From an uncultured Candidatus Saccharibacteria bacterium (lineage in GTDB: Bacteria > Patescibacteriota > Minisyncoccia > Phycocordibacterales > WO2-35-19): a DNA stretch of 40,133 nucleotides. The translations under genes were made by a program, and so were the position numbers. Below the pieces are notes generated by a model. The model did no database searches. It saw nothing but the letters and a program-made list of their open reading frames with translations, and was not told where the DNA came from. The DNA lies in contig CAZAXK010000004.1 of assembly GCA_964489135.1 (NCBI GenBank), positions 1-40,133 on the forward strand, written 5' to 3'. This document shows, piece by piece, positions 24,667-33,357 of the stretch. Each line of letters starts with the position of its first letter. The stretch's first letter is position 1.

Positions 24667-26916
24667 ATGAAATTACTTATCGTCGAATCCCCAGCCAAAG
24701 CCAAAACTATAGGAAAGTATCTTGGCGATGACTACAAGGTCGTCGCCTCTATTGGCCATATTCGCGATCTGCCTAAGTCTAATAAGAAAGCCATCGACAT
24801 CGAAGGCGGATTCATCCCCCACTACGAAATCAGCAAGGGCAAAGAAAAGGTGGTGGCCGAAATAAAGTCGCTCGCCAAAAAGGCCAAAGAAGTTTTGCTC
24901 GCGACCGACCCCGACCGCGAAGGCGAAGCAATCGCTTGGCACATTGCCGAAATCATAAAAGATGATTTCGCAAAATCAAATCTCAAATCTCATATCTCAA
25001 ATATAAAAAGGGTTACTTACCATGAGATCACTAAGGAAGCGATCGAAGAAGCACTCATGCATCCGCGCAAAATAGACGAGCATCTGCGCGAAGCACAGGA
25101 AGCAAGAAGAGTCTTGGATCGATTGGTCGGCTACGACCTCTCTGGCCTTATTTGGAAAAAGGTGCGCTACGGTTTGTCCGCTGGTCGAGTACAATCACCT
25201 GCGCTCCGCATACTCATGGAGCGCGAACGCGAGATCCGTGCCTTCAAGCCAGAAACTTTTTATGTTATTGGCGTAAATCTAGAAACTAAAAATAAAGAAA
25301 AGTTTGGTGCACTCTCTGAAGTCGAGCCCAAAAACAAAGCAGAGGCGGAAAACATTCACAAAGAAGCCGAAAGAGCCGGTAAAGAAAAACTTTGGAAGGT
25401 GAAGGAAGTTCTAGAAACAGAAGTGAAGCGCTCTCCTCGTGCACCCTTCACTACTTCGACCTTGCAACAAACGGCATCGACCCGACTGGGCTTCTCTCCT
25501 AAGCGCACCATGATGGCCGCCCAGAAGCTTTATGAAGCCGGTCACATCACCTACATGCGTACCGATTCGACCACCATGGCCGGCATCGCCCTTGCTCAGA
25601 TCAAAAATGTAGTGAGCAAAAAATATGGTGAGGGCATGCATCAAATCCGTCAATTCAAAACCAAATCCAAGAGCGCACAAGAAGCTCACGAGGCCATAAG
25701 ACCCACCCACTTCGACAAAGAAAACGCTGGTACAACCGACGACCAGAAACTTCTTTACAAGCTCATCTGGCAGAGAGCAGTCGCAAGCCAAATGCAAGAC
25801 GCGCTTGTCATGCGCACCAAAATAATCAGCACCACTGGAATAAAAGGCATTCCTGATTTTCATTCGAATGGTTCGAGAGTCTTACAAGACGGCTGGCTCC
25901 TCGCCGACCCAAGAGCCAAGGGCGAAGACGTCCTCCTGCCCCGTACCAAAGCAGGCGACCCTCTCGATTTGCTTTCGATCAATACCGAAGAAAAGCAAAC
26001 AGAACCACCAAACAGATACAGCGAAGCAGGACTCATCAAGGAGCTCGAGAAGCGTGGCATCGGCCGACCTTCCACTTATGCTTCGATTATCAATACTATT
26101 ATTGAACGTGGTTATGTCGACAAGGAAGGCAAGACCCTCAAACCGACCGACACCGGCGACGTCGTTTCTACCTTCCTCGAAGATAATTTCGAAAATTACA
26201 TCAGCGACACCTTCACCGCCGAGATGGAAGATGAGCTCGACCAAATTGCGGAGGGCAAGCGCGAGTATGAACCAACTCTCCGCGAATTTTATGGGCCATT
26301 CCTCAAAGATGTGAAGTCCAAAGAAAAAACCGCCAAGCTCACTACACTTGGCGAGGCCGATCCGCGCTTCAAGTGCCCAACCTGCGGAAGTGATATGGTG
26401 GTAAAGCTCGGCAAGGGTGGTAAATTCCTCTCCTGCGAGAGATTCCCCGACTGCAAAGGTATGCGCAATATCGATGGGAGCGAAGTCAAAGAAGCCGAAC
26501 CTATCGGAATCGACCCCGAAAGCGGGCTGCCAATACTCGTGATGGATGGGCGATTCGGGCCATATGTACAGCTCGGCAAGGGTGATGAAAATAAGGAAAA
26601 AGGAAAAAATGGAAAGCTAAAAAAAGTTAAGCCAAGAAGAGCAAGTATTCCGAAGGAGATCAATCCAAATACCATCACCGTCGAGCAAGCGCTCAAACTG
26701 CTCTCACTACCAAGAGAGCTCGGTCCTCACCCAGAAACAGGAGAGATGATCAGTGCCAACATCGGTCGCTTCGGTCCTTATGTTGTTCACCAGAAAGATT
26801 TTCGTTCACTCAAAACCGACGACGTATATAAAATCGGCTTGGAGCGAGCCATAGAAATATTCAAAGAACCCAAGAAGCCCAGATGGGGCCGTGGAAAAAA
26901 GAAGCAGAAAGAGTAG
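24667..26916 (+). CDS. topA: DNA topoisomerase I (type IA) with one zinc ribbon and C-terminal repeats
   Basis: LLIVESPAKAKTI, LATDPDREGE, SAGRVQSPAL, ITYMRTDS, GIGRPSTY, CPTC...CERFPDC, GRFGPY twice; start trimmed to MKLL. Confidence 0.97.
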   Translation: MKLLIVESPAKAKTIGKYLGDDYKVVASIGHIRDLPKSNKKAIDIEGGFIPHYEISKGKEKVVAEIKSLAKKAKEVLLATDPDREGEAIAWHIAEIIKDDFAKSNLKSHISNIKRVTYHEITKEAIEEALMHPRKIDEHLREAQEARRVLDRLVGYDLSGLIWKKVRYGLSAGRVQSPALRILMEREREIRAFKPETFYVIGVNLETKNKEKFGALSEVEPKNKAEAENIHKEAERAGKEKLWKVKEVLETEVKRSPRAPFTTSTLQQTASTRLGFSPKRTMMAAQKLYEAGHITYMRTDSTTMAGIALAQIKNVVSKKYGEGMHQIRQFKTKSKSAQEAHEAIRPTHFDKENAGTTDDQKLLYKLIWQRAVASQMQDALVMRTKIISTTGIKGIPDFHSNGSRVLQDGWLLADPRAKGEDVLLPRTKAGDPLDLLSINTEEKQTEPPNRYSEAGLIKELEKRGIGRPSTYASIINTIIERGYVDKEGKTLKPTDTGDVVSTFLEDNFENYISDTFTAEMEDELDQIAEGKREYEPTLREFYGPFLKDVKSKEKTAKLTTLGEADPRFKCPTCGSDMVVKLGKGGKFLSCERFPDCKGMRNIDGSEVKEAEPIGIDPESGLPILVMDGRFGPYVQLGKGDENKEKGKNGKLKKVKPRRASIPKEINPNTITVEQALKLLSLPRELGPHPETGEMISANIGRFGPYVVHQKDFRSLKTDDVYKIGLERAIEIFKEPKKPRWGRGKKKQKE
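24975..25002 (+). repeat. Heptamer tandem repeat (CTCAAAT x4) inside topA
   Basis: atcaaat ctcaaat ctcatat ctcaaat; encodes KSNLKSHISN. Confidence 0.75.
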
Positions 26917-26925
26917 AATGGGCAG

Positions 26926-28365
26926 ATGGACCAAAAGCTAGTAGAAAAAGCTAGAGAATTCGCGAGGAAAGTCCACGAAGGCCAAAAGAGGCAAAGTGGC
27001 GAACCGTATTTTGCTCACCTCGAGGCGACAGCAAAGACTCTCGCCGAACTCGGTATGAGCGCACCAACGATCGTGGCCGGCTACCTGCACGACGCGATCG
27101 AGGACGTGGGCGTCTCAGCCGAAGAAATAGAGAAAGAGTTTGGCCCCGACGTGCGCTTCATTGTCGAGGGTGTGACCAAGCTCGGCCACCTCAAGTATCG
27201 CGGCGCCGACCGACACAATGAAAGTTTGCGCAAACTCTTTGTCGCCATGTCGCAAGACATTCGAGTTTTAATCGTCAAACTCTGCGACCGACTCCACAAT
27301 ATGGAGACTCTTTCCTTTGTACCGAAAGAAAAGCAAGGCAGGATAGCAGGAGAAACTCTAGAGATCTATGCCCCGATCGCCTATCGACTCGGTATCCGCA
27401 AACTTTCCAAACGACTCGAGGATTTGGCCTTTCAATACTTGATGCCCGCCGAGTACAAAGAGATCACCGAGCTTCTCAAAGCCAAGCGCGAGAGCGAGTC
27501 GGATTCGCTCGAAAAGTTTAAGCGCGAGGTGACCAAGGAGCTAGCCAAGGATGGTGTAAAAAACTTCAAGACGGATTTTCGTATCAAGGGGACCTATAGT
27601 CTTTACAAAAAATATTTGAGGTGCAACAAAGATATCGACAAGATTTATGATATCGCCGCCATGCGCGTTTTGGTCGGCACAAGCGAAGATTGCTATCGAG
27701 TGCTCGGGATCATCCACTCACATTGGCAACCTCTGCCGGGCAAGATCAAAGACTTTATCGCCCATCCGAAACAAAACGGCTACCAAGGTCTACATACCAC
27801 GGTCTTCACCGGACTCGGCACCGTCGTCGAGGTCCAGATCAAAACCGAAGAAATGCAACGCGAGGCCGAGTACGGTATCGCTTCACACATCGCCTACAAA
27901 GCTGGCGCTGGTTTGAAAAACTCCAGCATGGAATGGATCCGTAAAATCCTACCCTCTTTCATATCGAAAAATACCGAGGCCAAAGAGAGTGCCAGTCAAG
28001 ATATTCCCAAGTGGATCAGAGAGCTTGTGAATTATCAGAACACCCACCACGATACCGACGAGCTTTTGGATGATATAAAAAGCGACTTTCTCAATACTCG
28101 AATATTTGTCTTCACCCCGCGAGGCGATGTGGTAGATTTGCCGAGCGGTTCGTCGGTTGTCGACTTTGCTTACTCGATCCACTCTGATATCGGCAACACC
28201 ATGTCGGGTGCCAAGATCAACGGCAAGATGTCCTCCCTCGGCACCGTTCTGCAAAACGGTGACATCGTAGAAATAATTACCAAAAAGTCGTCCAAACCTT
28301 CTCGCAAGTGGCTTGAGTACGCCAAAACAACTTTTGCCAAAAAGCACATCAAACAGCTTACGTAA
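26926..28365 (+). CDS. RelA/SpoT homolog: HD hydrolase, synthetase and TGS domains, no C-terminal ACT
   Basis: RQSGEPY, LHDAIED, VKLCDRLHNM, RIKGTYSLYKK, YDIAAMRV, NGYQGLHT, EVQIKT, VFTPRGDVVDLP. Confidence 0.92.
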   Translation: MDQKLVEKAREFARKVHEGQKRQSGEPYFAHLEATAKTLAELGMSAPTIVAGYLHDAIEDVGVSAEEIEKEFGPDVRFIVEGVTKLGHLKYRGADRHNESLRKLFVAMSQDIRVLIVKLCDRLHNMETLSFVPKEKQGRIAGETLEIYAPIAYRLGIRKLSKRLEDLAFQYLMPAEYKEITELLKAKRESESDSLEKFKREVTKELAKDGVKNFKTDFRIKGTYSLYKKYLRCNKDIDKIYDIAAMRVLVGTSEDCYRVLGIIHSHWQPLPGKIKDFIAHPKQNGYQGLHTTVFTGLGTVVEVQIKTEEMQREAEYGIASHIAYKAGAGLKNSSMEWIRKILPSFISKNTEAKESASQDIPKWIRELVNYQNTHHDTDELLDDIKSDFLNTRIFVFTPRGDVVDLPSGSSVVDFAYSIHSDIGNTMSGAKINGKMSSLGTVLQNGDIVEIITKKSSKPSRKWLEYAKTTFAKKHIKQLT

Positions 28366-28389
28366 AAATAATAGGGGTCATTTCTTGCC

Positions 28390-29373
28390 CTATATACTGA
28401 AATTTTTGACTGAGTAGAGGTCGTCGTCGATTGGAGTATCTTCGGCCACTTTAATTTCTTCGGGAGTGCGGTCGTCCACCAGACCTTCTGGTGCTTCGGT
28501 TGAGTCTGGCTCGGCGACGGGATTGGTATTTTGCCTCTGGATCAACAGCAACAGATCTTCCAAGTCTTCGTTGGAGAAGAATTCGATCATGAGCTTGCCA
28601 CCGTTCTCACGCTTCTCAATCTGCACCCGAGTACCGAGCGATTCGGTAAACTTTTCCTCAAGGTCCGAGAGCGCTGGATCAATGTCGGATTTTATCCTTC
28701 TCACCCGCTCGATCGCGATCTTGCGCGCGGCCGTCTCCGCTTCGCGCACATTCATTTTGCGGATCATGATGTCTTGGAAAAGGACTTTCTGTTCTTCTGG
28801 CCTCTCGGAGAGCATAAGTAGCGGGCGGGTATGACCTTCGTTGATCTTGCCTTCGGAAAGTGCGGTGAGCATTTCTTCGGGCAGATCCAAGATGCGCATG
28901 GTGTTGGTCACGTAGACTCGGCTCTTGCCGATCTTTTGAGCTATCTGGTGATGCTTGAAGCCGAATTCATCGGCAAGTTTCTTGAAGGCCCTTGCTCGTT
29001 CGACAGGATTGAGATCCTCACGCTGGACGTTTTCGATAATGGCAAGCTCAAGCTTCATGAGGTCATCATGGCTTCGGTCTTCTTCGCCGACACGGATAAG
29101 TACTGGTACCTGTGAGAGGCCGGCGATTTTGGAAGCGCGAAGCCGGCGTTCGCCGGCGATAAGCTCGTACTCGACAACTAGTCCGTCTTCTTTGACTATC
29201 TCTTTGCGGGTTACAACTAGCGCTTGAAGCACACCGTATTGCTTGATCGAGTCGGCGAGTGCCTGGAGAGCCACCGGATCAAACTCGCGCCGTGGTTGAA
29301 ACGGATTGGGCTTGATCTTGTCGAGATCGACCCAAAAGATTGAGTTCTGATAAAAGTTCGAATTGCTATTCAT
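28390..29373 (-). CDS. parB: ParB/Spo0J chromosome partitioning protein
   Basis: IKPNPFQPRREF, LIAGERRLRA, ENVQREDLNPVE, GKSRVYVTN; start trimmed to MNSN because the longer ORF runs into tRNA-Leu. Confidence 0.95.
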   Translation of the reverse strand: MNSNSNFYQNSIFWVDLDKIKPNPFQPRREFDPVALQALADSIKQYGVLQALVVTRKEIVKEDGLVVEYELIAGERRLRASKIAGLSQVPVLIRVGEEDRSHDDLMKLELAIIENVQREDLNPVERARAFKKLADEFGFKHHQIAQKIGKSRVYVTNTMRILDLPEEMLTALSEGKINEGHTRPLLMLSERPEEQKVLFQDIMIRKMNVREAETAARKIAIERVRRIKSDIDPALSDLEEKFTESLGTRVQIEKRENGGKLMIEFFSNEDLEDLLLLIQRQNTNPVAEPDSTEAPEGLVDDRTPEEIKVAEDTPIDDDLYSVKNFSI

Positions 29374-29400
29374 TGCCAATATCTTACCACAAAAAATTTG

Positions 29401-29481
29401 TGCCGGAGGAGAGACTTGAACTCTCACCCCTTGCGAGACACGATTTTGAGTCGTGCGCGTCTACCATTCCGCCACTCCGGC
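29401..29481 (-). tRNA. tRNA-Leu(CAA)
   Basis: GCCGGAG/CTCCGGC acceptor, CACGA-CTCAAAA-TCGTG anticodon arm, long variable arm. Confidence 0.96.
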
Positions 29482-29483
29482 TT

Positions 29484-29549
29484 TGTCCCGCCATAGCCTT
29501 TTTTGCGACGGCGGACATGTCCCGCCAAAGCTTTATGCGTAGGCGGACA
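29484..29549. repeat. Two tandem REP-like palindromes just 5' of tRNA-Leu
   Basis: tgtcccgcc...ggcggaca twice (29484-29517, 29518-29549). Confidence 0.75.
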
Positions 29550-29609
29550 TAGTGTGGATTATATGGTAAATTAGCTAAAAATCAAAGTACTTGGTAGAAA
29601 TTATAACCG

Positions 29610-30518
29610 ATGCAAAAACCTAAAATCATTGTAATACTAGGGCCGACATCTAGCGGTAAAAGCGACTTGGCGGTAAAGCTCGCTCAAAAGTTTAACGGGG
29701 AAGTAATATCCGCTGACTCTAGGCAAGTATACAAGGGTCTCAATATTGGCACGGGCAAGATCACCAAAAAGGAAATGAAGGGGGTGAAGCATCATCTGCT
29801 CGATATCGCGAACCCACGCAAAAAATTTACCGTTTCCGATTTTGTGAAAGCGACAAATTCGACGGTCGTCAAAATTGTCGCCAGAGGTAAAATACCTATT
29901 CTCTGCGGAGGTACTGCATTTTATATCGACGCTCTGCTCGGCGATAGGCAGATCCCCGAGGTTCCGATAAATGAAAAGTTGCGGGCAAAGCTTGAAAGGA
30001 AAAGTGTCGAGGAACTTTTCGCTATACTTTCTGACCTCGATCCAGAGAGAGCTAAAAGCATCGATAGGCAAAATCCTAGGCGATTGGTGCGAGCTATTGA
30101 AATATGCAAAGCACTAGGAAGTGTCCCAAAACAAATCGCAAGTTCACAATCAGACTTTCGAAACAAATTCGAAATTCTCAAAATCGGAACTAAAATCGAC
30201 GAGGCGGAATTAAGAAATCGGATTAACAAAAGATTAGAAAAGAGACTCAAACAAGGAATGATCGCCGAAGCCAAAGGGCTTCATGCGCGAGGACTCACCT
30301 ATAAACGGATGCGTGAGCTAGGACTAGAGTACGGGGCTCTGGCTGATCTGCTAGAAAACAAAATAACCAAAGAGGAGATGGTCGCAAGATTGCAGAAAGA
30401 GATCTGGCACTACGCCAAGCGCCAGATGACTTGGTGGAAAAAAGACCAAGAAATTCTCTGGATCAAACCATCCCCCACCATCGCTTCCCAAATAATTAAA
30501 GAGTTTTTGCGAAGCTAA
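29610..30518 (+). CDS. miaA: tRNA dimethylallyltransferase
   Basis: ILGPTSSGKS, ISADSRQVY, HHLLD, GGTAFY, RRLVRAIE, YAKRQMTW. Confidence 0.97.
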   Translation: MQKPKIIVILGPTSSGKSDLAVKLAQKFNGEVISADSRQVYKGLNIGTGKITKKEMKGVKHHLLDIANPRKKFTVSDFVKATNSTVVKIVARGKIPILCGGTAFYIDALLGDRQIPEVPINEKLRAKLERKSVEELFAILSDLDPERAKSIDRQNPRRLVRAIEICKALGSVPKQIASSQSDFRNKFEILKIGTKIDEAELRNRINKRLEKRLKQGMIAEAKGLHARGLTYKRMRELGLEYGALADLLENKITKEEMVARLQKEIWHYAKRQMTWWKKDQEILWIKPSPTIASQIIKEFLRS

Positions 30519-30523
30519 CGAGA

Positions 30524-30676
30524 GCGGGCCCACGAGGATTCGGTCACGCATAATTTTCTGCTGAAAATTTGCTCGACCCCGGCTCGGCCCGTCGGCCTCC
30601 GCCTTTCTCATCCTCGTCAAACCACGCAATGATGCTTCGCGCAAATAGCTATTCAAAGCTATTTTTGCGAATCATT
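30524..30676 (-). mobile_element. tRNA-3'-associated miniature element (Trp copy) ending in a 19-bp direct repeat of the tRNA 3' end
   Basis: gcgggcccacgaggattcg at 30524-30542 and 30677-30695; inverted atcctcgt at 30610-30617; GCT-TTGAAT-AGC hairpin; core related to 17260-17290. Confidence 0.75.
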
Positions 30677-30677
30677 G

Positions 30678-30748
30678 CGGGCCCACGAGGATTCGAACCC
30701 CGGTCGCTCCTTTTGGAGAGGAGAATTCTACCACTGAACTATAGGCCC
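30678..30748 (-). tRNA. tRNA-Trp(CCA)
   Basis: GGGCCTA/TGGGCCC acceptor, CTCCT-CTCCAAA-AGGAG anticodon arm, G73; lies downstream of rpmG as in many bacteria. Confidence 0.95.
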
Positions 30749-30766
30749 AATACGTAAAATATACAC

Positions 30767-30880
30767 AAAAAAAATAGAATTGTCCTGTAAGCGAGCCTTG
30801 CGAGACTCGACGGAGCGAGCACGAGGAATTTTCTAGCAAGAAAATATCCGTGCGAGCGACAGGATAATTCTATTTTTTTG
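30767..30880. mobile_element. MITE-like element between rpmG and tRNA-Trp
   Basis: 21-bp inverted arms aaaaaaatagaattgtcctgt/acaggataattctattttttt with one mismatch; core 30823-30853 identical to the dus insert. Confidence 0.75.
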
Positions 30881-31025
30881 CTTCCTTAAACACCACTCGC
30901 TTGCGGAGCTTTTTGGAATACTTCTTGAGCTCGATTTTGCGCTCTACTTTGCGCTTATTCTTGCGTGTAAAATACACCTCGCCGGTGCCTTTATGAACCA
31001 ATCTGATAAGTTGATCTTGGGACAT
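30870..31025 (-). CDS. rpmG: 50S ribosomal protein L33 (Cys-free type)
   Basis: MSQDQLIRL...GEVYFTRKNKRKVERKIELKKYSKKLRKRVVFKEAKK. Confidence 0.92.
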   Translation of the reverse strand: MSQDQLIRLVHKGTGEVYFTRKNKRKVERKIELKKYSKKLRKRVVFKEAKK

Positions 31026-31090
31026 GATTTTGAAATTAACCCCATATTTATAGCACACAAGCAAAAATGGTGCAATATCAAAAAAGTTAC

Positions 31091-31165
31091 ACCCGGAGGA
31101 TCTGGTGAGGGATTTACCAGACCCTTCCGGGCGGAGCTACGACTCGGGGCCGACGAGGAGCTCAC
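31091..31165. other. Two GC-rich hairpins between the aminotransferase gene and rpmG
   Basis: cccgga...tctggtga/ttaccaga...tccggg long stem and gagct...ctcg/cgag...agctc; T-run follows on the minus strand. Confidence 0.45.
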
Positions 31166-31170
31166 TTTTA

Positions 31171-32004
31171 CTATAACATAATTTCCTGTTGGAAGGCAAG
31201 GGTGAGCTTTTTGGTCACTTCTCCCACCTTCCCGCCCCCGACCACTTCCCCATCAATATTTACGATCGGCACAATATCCTTGAAGGACGAGGTGATAAAT
31301 ATTTCATCAGCTGTTCTGATCTCATCTTCAGCCACTCGCCTGTGCTCTACGGGACAGCCGAGTTTTTCTGCAAGCTCAAGTACTACTTTGAGCGTTATCC
31401 CGCCGAGCACCTCCTCAGCCGGCGTGATTATGCTTCCGTCTTTGACCAAACAAATATTGCTCGTCGCACATTCAAAGATCTCTCCGTCATAGGTATAAAG
31501 TATCTCGACCGCCTTTTCTTCTTTGCGCCAGTTCTGTAGTTTGACTGCCGTAATATAGTTTATGGTCTTGTGCTCGGGCATCTCGCGTTTGTAGCGATAT
31601 GTTAAGAGCTTTGCTCCATCCGTGTAATATTCTTCGGGCAATGGTTCCCACTTGTCGGCTGTAATATAGAAGGTTGGGTTATCAAAGTCATACTCTATGC
31701 CACCAAGAGTCGGGCCACCAGTGAGAATCATCCGTACATTAGCACGCTCGGTGAATCCTGATTTCTCGACGATTTCTTTAATCTTCTTTCGGCAACTATC
31801 TTCAGTAATGGGGACATTGAGACCAAGCGTATGCGCACCACTCAGGAATCTCGCGAAGTGGTCGGCAAAACGGAACGGCTCACCGCCGATCGTCGCAAGA
31901 CCGTCATAAATACCGTACCCGCGCATGAGCCCGATATCCTCTACCCCGACTTTGGCTTCAGAGATCGGCATGATCTCCCCGTTCAAAAAGCAGTATTTTG
32001 TCAT
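31171..32004 (-). CDS. PLP fold-type IV aminotransferase, probably D-amino acid transaminase
   Basis: GLMRGYGIYDG, NVRMILTGG, HKTINY (PLP Lys), ECATSN, LGGIT, EIFITSSFK; ATGA overlap with murD. Confidence 0.9.
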   Translation of the reverse strand: MTKYCFLNGEIMPISEAKVGVEDIGLMRGYGIYDGLATIGGEPFRFADHFARFLSGAHTLGLNVPITEDSCRKKIKEIVEKSGFTERANVRMILTGGPTLGGIEYDFDNPTFYITADKWEPLPEEYYTDGAKLLTYRYKREMPEHKTINYITAVKLQNWRKEEKAVEILYTYDGEIFECATSNICLVKDGSIITPAEEVLGGITLKVVLELAEKLGCPVEHRRVAEDEIRTADEIFITSSFKDIVPIVNIDGEVVGGGKVGEVTKKLTLAFQQEIML

Positions 32005-33347
32005 GATAATATTTTGTTAACAATAAGATTGAACTGCTCACCACGATCAAACTCGTTCTTAAACTTCTCAAAACTTTTGGCCCCTGGCGAGAATAAGATT
32101 ACGTTCTTAGTACTACCCGATTCTCTAGCTTTGGCGACTGCCTCTGCCATACACTCTTCCAAAGTATCGTGTTCGTTGTAGCTATCGAAGCTGAGCTCTT
32201 TCTTCATCTTTTCGGTCGCACTTCCGGCAATCAAAATCAGATTTTCCGGTCTCACATATTTTCTGACGACATTCGCCCAAGCGCCGTATTCAAGATCGCG
32301 ATCAGTTCCGCCAGCGATCAAAACTAGGTTTGTATATTGTCGGAAACGCTCGACCGCTACCATCGTTCCCTCAGGCGAAGTCGCTGAGGTATCATTGTAT
32401 ATTTCTAAACCATCTCGATCATAGATTTTTTCCTGCCTAAACTTTATCTGAGTCAAAGAACTGATTCGCTCTTTTATTAGTGATTCATCTATCCCTAATA
32501 TTCTGGCGACCACGATACCAAAAAGTAGGTTCGTCAGATTGTGCTCACCCCAGTTGCGCGCAAATTCTTCTCCGTCCAAAAATTCATACTTATCTTCTTT
32601 GGAAACCAAGACTACTTGAGCTCTGGGGTTCTGCTTTAGAAAGAAGTCCGTCCATTCGTTTTCTTTGTTCAGGATCAAGAAGTCATTCTCGTTCTGAAAT
32701 TTGAAGATGTTTGATTTCGCCTTCGCATAGCCCTCCATGGTCTTGTGGCGATTGAGATGGTCGCGATAGAGGTTGGTGATTACGGCTATGTGTGGAGAAA
32801 GTTTGTAGCCCTCATCCTCCACATACTCACCCAAAAGCTCGAGCTGAAATGAGGGCATCTCAAGTACGAGATTTTCATCTTGGGCCGACTCTACCCCCGA
32901 ACCCAAAAATGGGTTCTCCGGCGAATTGCCTACAATGCGTGCCCACAATAGGTGCGCCGTCCAATTGGTCGTGGTGGTTTTGCCCCGAGTGCCAGTAATG
33001 CCGATCGTGTTCTCGCTTTTGCAGTTCTTGAAAAAGAGACTCAATTCGTTTTCTATTTTCTTCCCGTTCTCTCGAGCCAGTCGGACGAATTTGTTCTCAA
33101 CCGGCACATCAGGATTGACGACGATGATTTCGTTATGCAAGAAGTCTTCCTCCTTATGCTCACCTAAAACAAATTTGATGTTTGGAAAATCCTGAAGTTT
33201 TTTTAAAGATGGCTCCAAGAATTCTCGGCTTTTCATGTCGGTCACGGTAAGGTCTGCTCCCTGCTTTGCCAAAAATCTGGCGGTAGCTACTCCTCCGCCC
33301 AGAATTCCAAGCCCCATCAACAACACTTTTTTATCCTTAAGCTCCAT
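32001..33347 (-). CDS. murD: UDP-N-acetylmuramoyl-L-alanine--D-glutamate ligase
   Basis: LLMGLGILGGG, GITGTRGKTTT, LEMPSFQL, TNLYRDHLNRH, YNDTSAT, SPGAKSFEKFKNEFDRGEQF. Confidence 0.95.
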   Translation of the reverse strand: MELKDKKVLLMGLGILGGGVATARFLAKQGADLTVTDMKSREFLEPSLKKLQDFPNIKFVLGEHKEEDFLHNEIIVVNPDVPVENKFVRLARENGKKIENELSLFFKNCKSENTIGITGTRGKTTTTNWTAHLLWARIVGNSPENPFLGSGVESAQDENLVLEMPSFQLELLGEYVEDEGYKLSPHIAVITNLYRDHLNRHKTMEGYAKAKSNIFKFQNENDFLILNKENEWTDFFLKQNPRAQVVLVSKEDKYEFLDGEEFARNWGEHNLTNLLFGIVVARILGIDESLIKERISSLTQIKFRQEKIYDRDGLEIYNDTSATSPEGTMVAVERFRQYTNLVLIAGGTDRDLEYGAWANVVRKYVRPENLILIAGSATEKMKKELSFDSYNEHDTLEECMAEAVAKARESGSTKNVILFSPGAKSFEKFKNEFDRGEQFNLIVNKILS

Positions 33348-33357
33348 GATTTACAAA

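Noticed and set aside
29374-29427. N-terminal extension of ParB in the ORF track
   Set aside because: Overlaps tRNA-Leu; the ATG at 29373 is the sensible start.
28390-29600. parS site or parA near parB
   Set aside because: No TGTTTCACGTGAAACA-like palindrome noticed and no parA ORF in the window.
30524-30748. Prophage or large genomic island at tRNA-Trp
   Set aside because: Only 134 bp lie between the direct repeats and there is no integrase or phage gene in the window.
31091-31165. SRP RNA suggested by CC-GGAA-GG
   Set aside because: The conserved CAGG/AGCA internal loop of helix 8 is absent.
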